A DNA stretch of 64,000 bases from an uncultured Flavobacteriales bacterium (GTDB lineage: Bacteria; Pseudomonadota; Alphaproteobacteria; UBA8366; CAVOAK01): NCBI GenBank assembly GCA_964419045.1, contig CAYQNO010000019.1, positions 278,435-342,434 of the forward strand. Direction: 5' to 3'. The notes beneath the pieces were generated by a model, which was given only the letters and a program-made list of their open reading frames with translations, was not told the origin of the DNA and did not search any database. Below, piece after piece: positions 1-11,797 of this stretch. The position numbers and the translations under genes were made by a program. Each line of letters opens with the position of its first letter. Position 1 is the first letter of the stretch.

Positions 1-173
1 TAGACGTTTTATACGAAGCAAAGGTACATTTGATCATTGCGGCTGATGTCGCGCCTTGCCAACTATATTTAAGTGGTAGCCATGCCGTAGAGTTTAAACG
101 TACCACTAGTAGGCTGCTCGAAATGCAATCCCACGGCTATATAGAAACACCGCACCGTTATAGTGAAGTTTGA
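1..173 (+). CDS. zapE: 3' end of an AFG1/ZapE-family ATPase gene; the 5' part lies left of the window
   Basis: Frame 3 is open from the window edge to TGA at 171-173 (56 codons, too short for the supplied ORF track). The tail ...EFKRTTSRLLEMQSHGYIETPHRYSEV resembles the conserved F-x-R-T-x-SRL-x-EMQS C-terminal motif of ZapE/AFG1 ATPases. This is from memory and was not searched. Confidence 0.5.
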   Translation, partial: DVLYEAKVHLIIAADVAPCQLYLSGSHAVEFKRTTSRLLEMQSHGYIETPHRYSEV

Positions 174-266
174 ACTTTTCATGCATCACTTCCTTGCTTC
201 GCTACTGTATTCGCGCTAGGTAGCGAGAAAATATAGGAAATCTAGCGATATATTTTTTAATCGTGA

Positions 267-1253
<987 letters not shown>

Positions 1254-1476
1254 CTCAATACACATAAATCTACTCAATTAAGCATAATGCGTGAAGACAG
1301 TATCGTTCCAAACTTAGAATTAGGTTAGAACTATTAGTCAAATTTTAGTCCTTCAGTACAATTGTAAAGAAGAGGCCAATTTGAGGCAGTGTATTGCAAA
1401 GCTGTTAGTTTAAAGAAAACAATCATTTGGAATGGCGCTGTATGCACTAGCTGCACCTAAAAGAGAGCGAATGCAG

Positions 1477-2673
1477 ATGAATATTCACGAATATCAGGCC
1501 AAAAATCTACTCAAATCGTACGGCGTTGTCGTGCCAAGTGGCGGTGTGGCCTTTAGTATCAACGAAGCAAACAAGATAGCAAAGAATTTAGGCGGACCAG
1601 TTTGGGTCGTGAAGAGTCAAATCCATGCAGGAGGACGTGGTGCAGGACACTTCAAGGATGATGCCGGGGGTAAGGGCGGAGTACGTGTTGTTGAATCGTT
1701 AGAAAAGGTCGAAGAAGCGGCATCAGAAATGCTTGGGAAGGTTCTGGTAACCAGACAAACGGGCCCTGTGGGCAAGGAAGTGAAACGTATTTACGTGGAA
1801 GAAGGCTGCGAAATTCAGCGCGAGCATTATCTCAGCATGCTAGTGGATAGACAAAGCGGTCGTATTACAATTATTGCGTCTACCGAAGGCGGCATGGACA
1901 TTGAGGAAATAGCAAGCAAGTCACCTGAAAAAATCATCATGGTCGCGATTGACCCTGTGATCGGGATGACACCTTTTTACGCACGGAAAGTGGCTTTTGG
2001 TCTAGGACTGGGGGGTAGTGCAATAAGAGAGGTCATCAACCTTCTATCAGGAATTTATAAGTTGTTTAACGAGCTAGACGCGAGCCTCATAGAGATCAAT
2101 CCGCTTGTCGTCACTAGAGATGGGAAAGTGCTGGCGCTCGATGCAAAAATGAATTTTGATGACAATGCACTGTTCCGACAAAAAGAAATTCTTGAACTAC
2201 GCGACGAAAATGAAGAGGATCCGACTGAAGCTGAGGCTGCTTCTCACGACCTAAATTACATAACGTTAGATGGAAACATTGGTTGCATGGTGAACGGTGC
2301 AGGCCTTGCCATGTCAACCATGGATATTATCAAGCTACACGGGGGAGAGCCGGCTAATTTCTTGGATGTTGGAGGTAGTGCAGATAGGGAGAGAGTTACT
2401 AAGGCATTCAAACTTATTCTTTCAGATCCAAGCGTAGAGGGTATTCTGGTAAACATCTTCGGTGGCATCATGAGGTGTGATGTTGTAGCAGAGGGTATAG
2501 TTGCTGCTGTGCGAGATATGGCACTTAAAATCCCGTTAGTCGTGCGTCTGGAAGGTACGAACGTTGACCTGGGTAAGGAGATACTAGAGCAGTCAGGGCT
2601 CTCAATAACTCCTGCGGAAGATCTCTCTGACGCCGCTAAAAAAATTGTTCAAAATGTGGCGAGCGTAAGCTGA
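1477..2673 (+). CDS. sucC: Succinyl-CoA synthetase beta subunit
   Basis: The canonical N-terminus [17 protein letters not shown] begins at the ATG at 1477; the track ORF starts 15 codons earlier at 1432. ATP-grasp and ligase-CoA regions are recognisable. The stop overlaps the sucD start. Confidence 0.96.
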   Translation: MNIHEYQAKNLLKSYGVVVPSGGVAFSINEANKIAKNLGGPVWVVKSQIHAGGRGAGHFKDDAGGKGGVRVVESLEKVEEAASEMLGKVLVTRQTGPVGKEVKRIYVEEGCEIQREHYLSMLVDRQSGRITIIASTEGGMDIEEIASKSPEKIIMVAIDPVIGMTPFYARKVAFGLGLGGSAIREVINLLSGIYKLFNELDASLIEINPLVVTRDGKVLALDAKMNFDDNALFRQKEILELRDENEEDPTEAEAASHDLNYITLDGNIGCMVNGAGLAMSTMDIIKLHGGEPANFLDVGGSADRERVTKAFKLILSDPSVEGILVNIFGGIMRCDVVAEGIVAAVRDMALKIPLVVRLEGTNVDLGKEILEQSGLSITPAEDLSDAAKKIVQNVASVS

Positions 2674-3548
2674 TGGCAACGCTAATAAACAAAGACACTA
2701 AAGTCATCTGTCAGGGCTTTACTGGCTCACAGGGCACTTTCCACTCTGAACAGGCTATTGCTTATGGTACCAAGATGGTGGGTGGTGTAACACCAGGTAA
2801 GGGTGGTTCAGTACATTTGGATCTGCCGGTCTTTGACACGGTGAGTGAGGCGGTCACAGCAACGGGTGCTGATGCATCAGTCATTTATGTGCCGCCGGCT
2901 TTTGCCGCAGACGCGATTTTAGAAGCAATTGATTCTAAAGTTGCCCTAATAATTTGCATTACTGAAGGCGTGCCTGTTACTGATATGGTGCAGGTAAAAA
3001 GAGGTCTCGAAGGTTCGTATTCACGGCTCGTTGGTCCTAACTGCCCAGGTGTGATTACTCCTGACGAATGCAAAATTGGCATCATGCCGGGTCATATTCA
3101 TCAAAGCGGAAAGATTGGCATAGTTTCACGCTCCGGCACGCTTACTTACGAGGCTGTTGCACAGACGACAGCCGCTGGGTTAGGACAGTCTACCTGTATC
3201 GGTATTGGGGGCGATCCCGTTAACGGTACAAATTTTGTCGATTGTCTAGAACTATTCCTGGCTGACCCTGAGACTGACGGCATAATTATGATTGGGGAAA
3301 TTGGCGGTAGCGCGGAGGAGGACGCCGCCGATTTTATTAAACGCTCGAAGATCAAAAAACCGGTTGCGAGTTTCATCGCCGGTATAACGGCTCCTCCTGG
3401 TAGGCGAATGGGACATGCGGGTGCCATAATTTCTGGTGGTAAAGGTAGTGCAGGAGACAAAATTGAAGCCCTTAAGAGCGCTGGCATACATGTTGCAGAA
3501 AGTCCTGCCGCCCTGGGAGTAACTATGGCCGCTGCCTTGAACGCTTGA
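2673..3548 (+). CDS. sucD: Succinyl-CoA synthetase alpha subunit
   Basis: TGATG overlap with sucC. Has the CoA-binding N-terminus, SRSGTLTYE, and the phosphohistidine loop GHAGAII. Confidence 0.97.
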   Translation: MATLINKDTKVICQGFTGSQGTFHSEQAIAYGTKMVGGVTPGKGGSVHLDLPVFDTVSEAVTATGADASVIYVPPAFAADAILEAIDSKVALIICITEGVPVTDMVQVKRGLEGSYSRLVGPNCPGVITPDECKIGIMPGHIHQSGKIGIVSRSGTLTYEAVAQTTAAGLGQSTCIGIGGDPVNGTNFVDCLELFLADPETDGIIMIGEIGGSAEEDAADFIKRSKIKKPVASFIAGITAPPGRRMGHAGAIISGGKGSAGDKIEALKSAGIHVAESPAALGVTMAAALNA

Positions 3549-3616
3549 AACTTGATAGTAAAGTGATTGGATGCATGAATAATATCGTAATGCGCCTTGT
3601 TTAGGAGGGTTAGCTA

Positions 3617-6505
3617 ATGGCGTCAGTTCTTGAACAGACTTCGTTTCTTCATGGTGTAAACGAGGTCTATCTGACTGAACTCTACTCTCGATTCCTTGAA
3701 AACCCGACGTCGGTAGATGAAAGCTGGGCCAGTTTTTTTGGGAAACTGGATGACGATGCAAGAGATGTTCTTGATGAATTGAGCGGTGCGAGCTGGGCAC
3801 CTAGAACCTGCAAAGTTGTAGGTAATGGTGGCGGTTTGTCTATTTCAGATTCAATAGCAGGGAAAACACCTCCTATTCCTCAGATACATAGTTTGAATGC
3901 GTCCGAGGATGAAGTCCTTCAGGCCGCGCGTGATTCTATTAATGCCTTGATGCTGATCCGCTCGTATCGAGTGCGTGGCCACCTTGAAGCTGATCTCGAT
4001 CCACTCAAACTTGATCCGTACGAACCTCATCCGGAGCTTAATCCGGTAACCTATGGGTTTTGCGCAGATGATATGAATCGTCCAATTTTTATAAATGGAG
4101 TTTTGGGCCTTGAATGGGCGACCTTAAATGATATTTACGAAATTCTGCGTGCTACATATTGTGGGACAATAGGCGTAGAGTTTATGCATATCCAAGAACC
4201 TGATCAGAAAACCTGGATACAGGCAAGAATTGAGGGTATTCAAAATCAAACCGAATTTACACATCGTGGCAAACGAGCAATTCTCAGTAGGCTGATTCAT
4301 GCGGAGCTTTTCGAAAAATTTTTAGATAAACGATATACCGGAACCAAGCGCTTCGGACTCGATGGTGGTGAATCACTAATCCCTGCACTTGAGCAGATTA
4401 TGAAGCGTGGTGGTCAGATGGGATTGCGTGAGCTTGTGATCGGTATGCCGCACCGTGGACGACTCAATGTGCTTGCTAACATGATGGGCAAGCAATATCA
4501 GGCGATTTTTTCGGAATTCCAAGGAAACTCGGCAAATCCAGAGGAAGTACAAGGGTCCGGTGATGTCAAATACCATCTTGGTACTTCCTCAGATAGAGAA
4601 TTTGACGGTAATAAAATACATCTGTCTTTAACAGCTAATCCATCCCATCTCGAGGCAGTCAACACGGTCGTACTAGGTAAAGTACGTGCGAAGCAGACCC
4701 AACTTGCTAATGAGACACGTGATCAGGTGATGGGCATCCTAATGCATGGTGATGCGGCCTTTGCCGGACAGGGGCTTGTGGCGGAAACACTCGATCTATC
4801 GCAATTGCGAGGTTATCGTACTGGCGGCACTATTCATTTTATAGTTAACAATCAGATTGGCTTTACAACAATGCCAGCCTATCACCGTTCTGGACCCTAT
4901 TGTTCGGAGTGGGGAAAGATCATCCAGGCCCCGATTTTTCACGTTAATGGGGATGATCCGGAAGCAGTAGTTCACACTGCGAGGATCGCCATGGAATTCA
5001 GGCAAACATTCAAAAAAGATGTGATAATTGACATGTTTTGTTATCGGCGCCACGGTCATAATGAGGGCGATGAGCCAATGTTTACTCAGCCTCTCATGTA
5101 TAAGAAGATCGCTGAGCACCCTACTACACGTGAAATTTATGCGGACAAGTTGGTTTCCGAATCTGTTGTATCAAAGGAAGACGTGAACAAAATGTTGCGT
5201 GAATTTGAAGTGATGCTCGAGCAAGAGTTTGAAGCGGCTGCAAGTTACAAGCCAAACCGAGCAGACTGGCTTGAAGGTGCCTGGACTGGGATAGAGAGTG
5301 CCCGCGGCGAGGCGCGTCGTGGTAAGACTGGCGTCGAGCGGAAGTTACTTCAGGATGTGGGTAGACGCCTCACTGATATTCCTAAAGATTTTAATGCAAA
5401 CAGCAAGGTATCTAGGCAATTTCGCGCACGTCGAGAACGTATTGAATCGGGAGAGGGAATTGATTGGGCTACGGCGGAGGCCCTCGCATTCGGAACGCTT
5501 TTGGTAGAGGGAACCCCAGTAAGATTGAGTGGCCAGGATTGTGGTAGAGGTACGTTTTCTCAACGTCACGCAATGCTTGTCGACCAGGATTCAGAGAAAA
5601 AATACGTGCCATTTGATTTTCTTAATGATGAGCAGGCAAAATTCGAGATCATGGATAGCCCACTGAGTGAGGCTGGTGTTCTAGGATTCGAGTATGGTTA
5701 CACGTTGGCAGAGCCAAATGTTCTAGTGCTTTGGGAGGCACAGTTTGGCGATTTTGCCAACGGGGCACAGATGATCATTGACCAGTTTGTGGTATCGGGT
5801 GAATCAAAGTGGCTGCGTTTGTCTGGCCTCGTTATGTTACTTCCCCATGGATTTGAGGGGCAGGGCCCTGAGCATTCGTCAGCACGACTTGAGCGATTTC
5901 TCCAGCTTTGTGCTGAGGACAATATCCAAGTAGCCAACTGTACAACTCCAGCGAACTACTTCCATATTCTGCGTCGCCAGCTACGCCGCGATTTTCGAAA
6001 GCCACTCATACTGATGACTCCAAAATCATTATTAAGACACAAGTCTTGTGTCTCTTCCCTCAAGGCTTTCGAGGCCGATTCGAGCTTTCACCGCGTCCTA
6101 TGGGATCGTGGTGATATTGCCAAGGATTCAGAAATTAAGCGAGTCGTGTTGTGTTCAGGTAAGGTTTATTATGATCTATTTGAGGAACGACTCAAACGAA
6201 ATGAAAAACATGTGTACCTGATGCGTGTTGAGCAACTTTACCCGTTTGCCTACGAGGCGCTGAGGAAAGAACTAAACCGATTCAAAGGTGCAGAAATCAT
6301 TTGGTGTCAGGAAGAACCAAAGAATATGGGTGCCTGGAGTTTGATGGAACCTTGTCTGGAAGATGTATTGGTGAAGATTGGAGCTCGGCAGAAGAGACCT
6401 ATCTATATTGGTCGCACGGCTGCTGCATCTCCGGCGACGGGGCTTTTGCGGCGCCATTTAAAAGAGCAGAATTCTTTTATTAACGAGGCGTTAAGTATCA
6501 AATAA
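3617..6505 (+). CDS. sucA: 2-oxoglutarate dehydrogenase E1 component
   Basis: 962-aa ORF with AGGAGGG upstream. Typical SucA N-terminus (SFLHGVNEVYLTELY) and thiamine-diphosphate/transketolase-like regions. Sits between sucD and sucB. Confidence 0.97.
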   Translation: MASVLEQTSFLHGVNEVYLTELYSRFLENPTSVDESWASFFGKLDDDARDVLDELSGASWAPRTCKVVGNGGGLSISDSIAGKTPPIPQIHSLNASEDEVLQAARDSINALMLIRSYRVRGHLEADLDPLKLDPYEPHPELNPVTYGFCADDMNRPIFINGVLGLEWATLNDIYEILRATYCGTIGVEFMHIQEPDQKTWIQARIEGIQNQTEFTHRGKRAILSRLIHAELFEKFLDKRYTGTKRFGLDGGESLIPALEQIMKRGGQMGLRELVIGMPHRGRLNVLANMMGKQYQAIFSEFQGNSANPEEVQGSGDVKYHLGTSSDREFDGNKIHLSLTANPSHLEAVNTVVLGKVRAKQTQLANETRDQVMGILMHGDAAFAGQGLVAETLDLSQLRGYRTGGTIHFIVNNQIGFTTMPAYHRSGPYCSEWGKIIQAPIFHVNGDDPEAVVHTARIAMEFRQTFKKDVIIDMFCYRRHGHNEGDEPMFTQPLMYKKIAEHPTTREIYADKLVSESVVSKEDVNKMLREFEVMLEQEFEAAASYKPNRADWLEGAWTGIESARGEARRGKTGVERKLLQDVGRRLTDIPKDFNANSKVSRQFRARRERIESGEGIDWATAEALAFGTLLVEGTPVRLSGQDCGRGTFSQRHAMLVDQDSEKKYVPFDFLNDEQAKFEIMDSPLSEAGVLGFEYGYTLAEPNVLVLWEAQFGDFANGAQMIIDQFVVSGESKWLRLSGLVMLLPHGFEGQGPEHSSARLERFLQLCAEDNIQVANCTTPANYFHILRRQLRRDFRKPLILMTPKSLLRHKSCVSSLKAFEADSSFHRVLWDRGDIAKDSEIKRVVLCSGKVYYDLFEERLKRNEKHVYLMRVEQLYPFAYEALRKELNRFKGAEIIWCQEEPKNMGAWSLMEPCLEDVLVKIGARQKRPIYIGRTAAASPATGLLRRHLKEQNSFINEALSIK

Positions 6506-6545
6506 CGAGTATAGTTGAAGTTCTGCATTACGAGTGGGGAATAAG

Positions 6546-7784
6546 ATGTTTACGGAAATCGTAGTACCTCAACTTGGCGAGTCAGTTACGGAGGCGACGG
6601 TCGCGCAGTGGTTGAAATCAATAGGTGATAGCATAGAGGTGGATGATCCGCTGGTGGAGCTTGAAACTGATAAAGTCACGCTTGAAATCAATGCTTCGGC
6701 AGCTGGCGTGTTGAAGGAAATAATTATGGATGCCGGGTCAGAAGTAAAAGTGGGTGAGTTGCTCGGTCGGATCGAGGATGGTGCGGCCACTGCTGAGCCG
6801 GCAGCAGGGTCTAATAGGAAGGAGACAACTTCAATACCATCTCCACAGGAACTAGCTACAGATACCATCGAAAATTCCACAACTATGTCGACGTTGTCAC
6901 CAGCCGTTCGCAAGCTTGTCGAGGAGCACAAACTCGACCCTTCGAAAATTACTGGCACGGGAAAAGACGGTCGTATAATTAAAGGGGATGTACTTGCGTG
7001 GATTGAGTCCAGTATTTCTGTTGAACAAGCTCCATCTGCTACGACGCCTCTCTCTATCACTGAGACGGAACCGAAAAATATGACTCCCCGAGAGGAACGT
7101 GTGCGTATGACGCGCTTGCGCCAACGCATAGCAGAACGTCTCAAAGTTGCACAAAATACAGCGGCTATGCTTTCCACCTTCAATGAAGTTGATATGACTG
7201 AGATTCTTGCACTTCGTAATAAATACCGCGAGATATTCGAGAAAAAACACAATGTGCGACTGGGTTTTATGTCGATATTTGCTAAAGCCTGTATAGTTGC
7301 GCTGAAGGAGGTGCCTGCGGTTAACGCGGAGATCGACGGTGACGAAATAGTTTACAAAAATTACTACGATATAGGCGTCGCGGTTGGTACACAACAAGGC
7401 CTTGTGGTACCGGTTATCCGAGATGTGGATCTCTTGTCGTACGCCCAGATAGAGAAAACGATTGCTGAATTGGCTGTTAAGGCGCGCGATGGTAAGCTCT
7501 CCATGGAAGAGTTGACAGGCGGCACATTTACTATAACGAATGGAGGCGTTTACGGTTCACTATTGTCCACACCTATCTTAAATCCTCCACAGTCCGGCAT
7601 TCTTGGCATGCACAAGACGCAGCGGCGTCCTGTCGCGATAGGTGATAAGGTTGAAATTAGGCCAATGATGTATCTAGCATTGAGCTACGATCATCGGATT
7701 ATAGATGGCCGAGAGGCAGTAACTTTCCTAGTGCGCGTGAAGGAATGTTTGGAAGACCCCGAACGCATACTGATAGACGCGTGA
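6546..7784 (+). CDS. sucB: Dihydrolipoyllysine-residue succinyltransferase (E2o)
   Basis: Lipoyl domain with ETDKV, an E3-binding domain ([14 protein letters not shown]) and the catalytic DHRIIDG motif. GGGGA at 6536-6540 favours the ATG at 6546 over the GTG at 6534. Confidence 0.96.
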   Translation: MFTEIVVPQLGESVTEATVAQWLKSIGDSIEVDDPLVELETDKVTLEINASAAGVLKEIIMDAGSEVKVGELLGRIEDGAATAEPAAGSNRKETTSIPSPQELATDTIENSTTMSTLSPAVRKLVEEHKLDPSKITGTGKDGRIIKGDVLAWIESSISVEQAPSATTPLSITETEPKNMTPREERVRMTRLRQRIAERLKVAQNTAAMLSTFNEVDMTEILALRNKYREIFEKKHNVRLGFMSIFAKACIVALKEVPAVNAEIDGDEIVYKNYYDIGVAVGTQQGLVVPVIRDVDLLSYAQIEKTIAELAVKARDGKLSMEELTGGTFTITNGGVYGSLLSTPILNPPQSGILGMHKTQRRPVAIGDKVEIRPMMYLALSYDHRIIDGREAVTFLVRVKECLEDPERILIDA

Positions 7785-7841
7785 TGGTACCTATATTAGG
7801 TCGCCGTCAGGTATAGTTATTCCAAAGGGGGTCTTACAGTC

Positions 7842-9239
7842 ATGACGGATACGCAATATGACCTCATCGTCATCGGTGGTGGGCCTGGCGGTTATGTGGC
7901 AGCAATTCGTGCGTCTCAACTTGGTATGAAGGTGGCATGTATTGAAAAACGTGGTGCCCTAGGCGGTACCTGTCTTAACGTTGGGTGTATCCCATCGAAG
8001 GCCTTGTTACAATCATCAGAAAAATTTGCGGAGGCTAAGCACGGCCTTACCTGTCACGGTGTCAATGTGGGTGAGGTAGGTTTTGATATTGAAACTATGA
8101 TGGCACGCAAGGACAAAATTGTTAGCGACCTAACCAGTGGCATCGAGTTTCTATTTAAGAAAAACAAGATAGACTACCATAAGGGCGTTGGCCGCATAAA
8201 GTCACCCACTGAAGTTATGGTTAATAATAAGGTGTTGGTTAAGGGAGCCCGTATACTGATAGCGACCGGCTCCGAATCGACACCGCTATCTGGTGTAGAA
8301 GTTGATGAAAAACAGATAGTAACGTCGACAGGCGCGTTAGCTCTCAAAAGGGTGCCGAAGCAACTAACTGTTATTGGTGCCGGTGTCATAGGCCTTGAAC
8401 TCGGGTCAGTTTGGTCGCGGCTTGGTGCCAAAGTCACTATCATAGAATTTCTAGACCGAATACTGCCGGGCATGGACGGAGAGATTGCAAAACAGGCGCA
8501 ACGTGTCCTTAACAAGCAAGGACTTACTTTCAAATTGTCGTCCAAAGTAACAAAGGCTACGAAATCGAACGCAACGGTTCCGCTTGTAGTTGAGCCGGCA
8601 GAGGGAGGCAAAGAAGAGAAGGTTGAGGGTGAAGTTGTTTTACTTGCAGTTGGTCGTCGTCCGTATACAGAGGAGCTAGGTCTTGAAGAGGTAGGCGTCC
8701 AAGTTGACAAACGGGGCATCATTAAGATCGACAACTCGTTTCAGACGAGCATCAAGGGTATTTATGCCATTGGCGACTCTGTGCCGGGCCCGATGTTGGC
8801 ACATAAGGCAGAGGACGAGGGTGTTATCTGTGTCGAAATGATGGCTGGCCAGGCGGGACCAATGAATCACGATCTTGTCCCGGGTGTTGTCTATACGTGG
8901 CCAGAAATCGCCGGTGTTGGAAAAACAGAAGAGGACCTTAAAGAAGCCGCAGTTGACTTCAGTGTTGGCAAATTTCCTTTTGTGGCCAACAGCCGTGCGC
9001 GTATCAATGGGGATACTGATGGGCTGGTGAAGATTTTGGCTGATTCAAGAACAGATCGCGTACTCGGCGTGCACATTTTGGGACCGTTGGCAGGTGACCT
9101 AATTGCTGAAGCTGTTTTGGCCATGGAGTTTGGCGCATCGACGGAGGATATAGCGCGCACATGCCACGCCCATCCGGGAATGGGTGAGGCGGTAAAGGAA
9201 GCGGCACTTGCGGTCCATAATAGGCCCTTGCATATCTGA
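7842..9239 (+). CDS. lpdA: Dihydrolipoyl dehydrogenase (E3)
   Basis: GGGPGGY FAD motif, redox disulfide GGTCLNVGCIPSK and a C-terminal HAHP dimerisation motif. Last gene of the mdh-suc cluster. Confidence 0.96.
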   Translation: MTDTQYDLIVIGGGPGGYVAAIRASQLGMKVACIEKRGALGGTCLNVGCIPSKALLQSSEKFAEAKHGLTCHGVNVGEVGFDIETMMARKDKIVSDLTSGIEFLFKKNKIDYHKGVGRIKSPTEVMVNNKVLVKGARILIATGSESTPLSGVEVDEKQIVTSTGALALKRVPKQLTVIGAGVIGLELGSVWSRLGAKVTIIEFLDRILPGMDGEIAKQAQRVLNKQGLTFKLSSKVTKATKSNATVPLVVEPAEGGKEEKVEGEVVLLAVGRRPYTEELGLEEVGVQVDKRGIIKIDNSFQTSIKGIYAIGDSVPGPMLAHKAEDEGVICVEMMAGQAGPMNHDLVPGVVYTWPEIAGVGKTEEDLKEAAVDFSVGKFPFVANSRARINGDTDGLVKILADSRTDRVLGVHILGPLAGDLIAEAVLAMEFGASTEDIARTCHAHPGMGEAVKEAALAVHNRPLHI

Positions 9240-9327
9240 TCTGGGATGTTTGGTGGGAGAGCGTCTTGCGATATTCAGGCCATGGCTGAATTTACGAGGT
9301 GATTACTTTAATTTACAAAAAGGTTAT

Positions 9328-10290
9328 CTAAGATTTTGCACGCGGATGCGCGCGTTTGTATTCTGTTAATAACTTTGTATTGTCAACTGCTGTATAACGC
9401 TGAGTTGTCGATAGTGAAGCATGCCCTAATAATTCCTGAATGGCTCGTAAATCACCGCCACCGGCAAGCAGATGTGTAGCAAAGCTATGCCTTAAGGAAT
9501 GAGGCGTGGCGGTATCTGGTAAATTCAACTCAAGACGGAGGATGCGCATGCGGCGCTGTACGACGCCCGCCGTTAGTCGGCCGCCTCGAGCACCATGAAA
9601 TAATGGTGTATCCGGGTCCCCCCGGAACGGGCAACGATCGAGGTACTGTCCAATCGCGTCCCATATTGTTGGAAGTACTGGTATCATACGCTGCTTGTTG
9701 CCTTTTCCAGAAACAACTAAGTAGTCAGCTGGTTGCCCATCCTTCCGGTTAAGACTTAATGCCTCAGAAATTCGAAGTCCACATCCATAAAGTAGTGTAA
9801 AAAGAGCCTTATCCCTCAGAGAAATCCACTGCACACTTGACGTGGTTCCCATAGCTTCGACTACCTTAAGTGCATTTTCTGAACTGAGTGGTCTGGGCAA
9901 AGTTTTTTGCTGCTTTGGCGTCCTAATTGTTTGGATAGCAGCGTTGGTGAAGATACCGTTCATTGCAGCCCACCGGAAAAACCCTCTAACTACAGACAAT
10001 GCACGTGCTGTAGAGCTACGGGCAGCGCCAATTCCAGCACGATGAGCAAGCCAAGCGCGAAAATCTGTATTGCGCAATCTTGATAGATCGGTAAGATTCG
10101 GTGAACCACCTAAATGTTCAGCATGGAAGGCAAAAAACGCTGCCAGGTCACGTTCGTATGCTTTAGAGGTATTTGGGGAAGTTCTTTTTTCATGAACTAA
10201 CCAATCTCTCCACGCCTGAATGGTACCCGAGAGCGTCCGCGTGTCGGTGGTTTTCTCGTTTATATAATTTAGTCCGGTAGTTCCAACCAT
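9328..10290 (-). CDS. xerC: Tyrosine site-specific recombinase XerC (chromosome dimer resolution)
   Basis: Phage-integrase fold with catalytic residues in ...HSLRHSFATHLL...GHASLSTTQRYT. Overlaps and follows a DUF484 gene, the usual housekeeping xerC context. Confidence 0.85.
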   Translation of the reverse strand: MVGTTGLNYINEKTTDTRTLSGTIQAWRDWLVHEKRTSPNTSKAYERDLAAFFAFHAEHLGGSPNLTDLSRLRNTDFRAWLAHRAGIGAARSSTARALSVVRGFFRWAAMNGIFTNAAIQTIRTPKQQKTLPRPLSSENALKVVEAMGTTSSVQWISLRDKALFTLLYGCGLRISEALSLNRKDGQPADYLVVSGKGNKQRMIPVLPTIWDAIGQYLDRCPFRGDPDTPLFHGARGGRLTAGVVQRRMRILRLELNLPDTATPHSLRHSFATHLLAGGGDLRAIQELLGHASLSTTQRYTAVDNTKLLTEYKRAHPRAKS

Positions 10291-10982
10291 AAGCGGATAA
10301 TATTTTGGGATACGCGTGCTAAGAAACTCAGGAGATCGCTTGCCTGGCCTGGATGGAATTTATCGAAATGGCGTGAACCAAAGGCCAGTATACCTGGTGG
10401 TGCCGAATTCGAGACGTTAATACGCGCGAGTGCTTCCGAGCGCACAAGCGTCGCGCCACCACCAAATATTTCAGGGTTGCCCTCTATATCACTGCGCAAT
10501 ACAACCTGACGATTAGCACCAACTAGCGCATCGGTCGTACCGGGCTGTAAGATTTGTAACCCACGAGTTCGAATTGATGCCTCGCCCGCACCGTTCGATT
10601 CGATACAAAGCGCAATGATATCGATGTCTAGTAGAATGGCAAAATCAGTCGTAATAGTTTGTATCAATTGCTCAAATGACTTGACTTCAAGAAGCGCCAG
10701 GACACACTCGTGGATTCGAGCCTGTGTATTGAGATTTTTGCGCCCTGTCTTAATTAATTCGCCTTGCCGGGCTTTTACATTTGCAATTTCTTCCTTGAAT
10801 TTCTCCAGCATTGCCAACTGAAAATCCTCAACACCACTGCCAAGATCTCGGCCTGGTGGGTCAAGTTGCGACAATAGCGACATGTGCTGGTTGAGAAAAC
10901 CTGGATTTTCAAGAAGATATTGAGCGACTCGCACGTCATCGAGATCAGATGTTTGATTTTCTTTGGTCAATTCGCGTGTCAT
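10269..10982 (-). CDS. DUF484-family (GAF-like) protein, conserved xerC neighbour
   Basis: The N-terminus ...VAQYLLENPGFLNQHMSLL and a coiled-coil/GAF-like remainder match my memory of PF04340. There is a 22-nt overlap with xerC. Confidence 0.75.
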   Translation of the reverse strand: MTRELTKENQTSDLDDVRVAQYLLENPGFLNQHMSLLSQLDPPGRDLGSGVEDFQLAMLEKFKEEIANVKARQGELIKTGRKNLNTQARIHECVLALLEVKSFEQLIQTITTDFAILLDIDIIALCIESNGAGEASIRTRGLQILQPGTTDALVGANRQVVLRSDIEGNPEIFGGGATLVRSEALARINVSNSAPPGILAFGSRHFDKFHPGQASDLLSFLARVSQNIIRLWLELPD

Positions 10983-11025
10983 AGCGGTATCTACCTAACT
11001 ATAGCGTTTTAAACTTTTTACAGCG

Positions 11026-11688
11026 TCAATCTTTTAATATCGACTGTCCGGATTTTTCCCAATCAGCTAAGAACGCTGCTAGACCCTTGTCCGTCAAAGG
11101 ATGCTTAAACATTTGGCGTAGAACACTGGGCGGAATGGTGACAACGTCGGCACCTAGTCTAGCCGCCTCAACTACATGCATAGGGTGTCGTACGGACGCG
11201 ACGAGAACCTCCGTTTTAAATTTACTGTAAGCCGAATAAATCTCACAGATTTCAGCGATAAGATTCATCCCATCTGAACCTACATCGTCTAAACGACCGA
11301 TGAAGGGAGAAACGAAGGTAGCACCAGCCTTTGCAGCAAGGATAGCCTGGGCGGCCGAGAAACACAGTGTCACATTTACTTTGGTGCCGTCCTGGCTCAA
11401 AGTCCTGCATGTTTTAAGACCGTCTGGCGTCAGGGGCACCTTAACGGCAACATTTTTGGCCAGTGATGCGAGTTTTCGACCTTCGTCTACCATTTTATTG
11501 AAATTAGTGGCAGTAACCTCAGCGCTGATCGGTCCATCAACAAATTTGCATATTTCCTGTACTACCTCAAAAAAATCGCGACCTGACTTTGCTACTAACG
11601 ATGGGTTCGTCGTTACGCCATCGACAAGGCCAGTTTCTGCAAGGTCACGGATTTCGTCGACGTCTGCTGTATCTAAGAAAAACTTCAT
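11026..11688 (-). CDS. tal: Short-type transaldolase / fructose-6-phosphate aldolase family
   Basis: 220 aa. [16 protein letters not shown]...GVTTNPSL is the hallmark N-terminus of type 3B transaldolases. Confidence 0.9.
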   Translation of the reverse strand: MKFFLDTADVDEIRDLAETGLVDGVTTNPSLVAKSGRDFFEVVQEICKFVDGPISAEVTATNFNKMVDEGRKLASLAKNVAVKVPLTPDGLKTCRTLSQDGTKVNVTLCFSAAQAILAAKAGATFVSPFIGRLDDVGSDGMNLIAEICEIYSAYSKFKTEVLVASVRHPMHVVEAARLGADVVTIPPSVLRQMFKHPLTDKGLAAFLADWEKSGQSILKD

Positions 11689-11797
11689 TCGTTTAATCCA
11701 TTTACCGTTTTGCCAGTAACCATAACGAGAATAGTGTCCTAAGATGTGGGTTAGCTATAGAGTCTAATCGAAGCGAATCCACAACACCAGTTCTTCG

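Noticed and set aside
6569-7397. Long minus-strand ORFs (227 and 166 aa) inside sucB. Similar antisense ORFs lie inside sucD/sucA (3146..3800), lpdA (8174..8734), tal (11300..11719), proA (26085..26564), obg (28612..29022) and the 2-HADH gene (52839..53216).
   Set aside because: Each is antisense to a gene with unmistakable family motifs. Each has a low-complexity or Ser/Pro/Arg-rich translation and no SD. They are typical shadow ORFs.
9328-10290. Tyrosine recombinase as a possible mobile-element integrase.
   Set aside because: It overlaps a DUF484 gene and lies among housekeeping genes, the standard XerC context. There are no att-like repeats or cargo genes around it.
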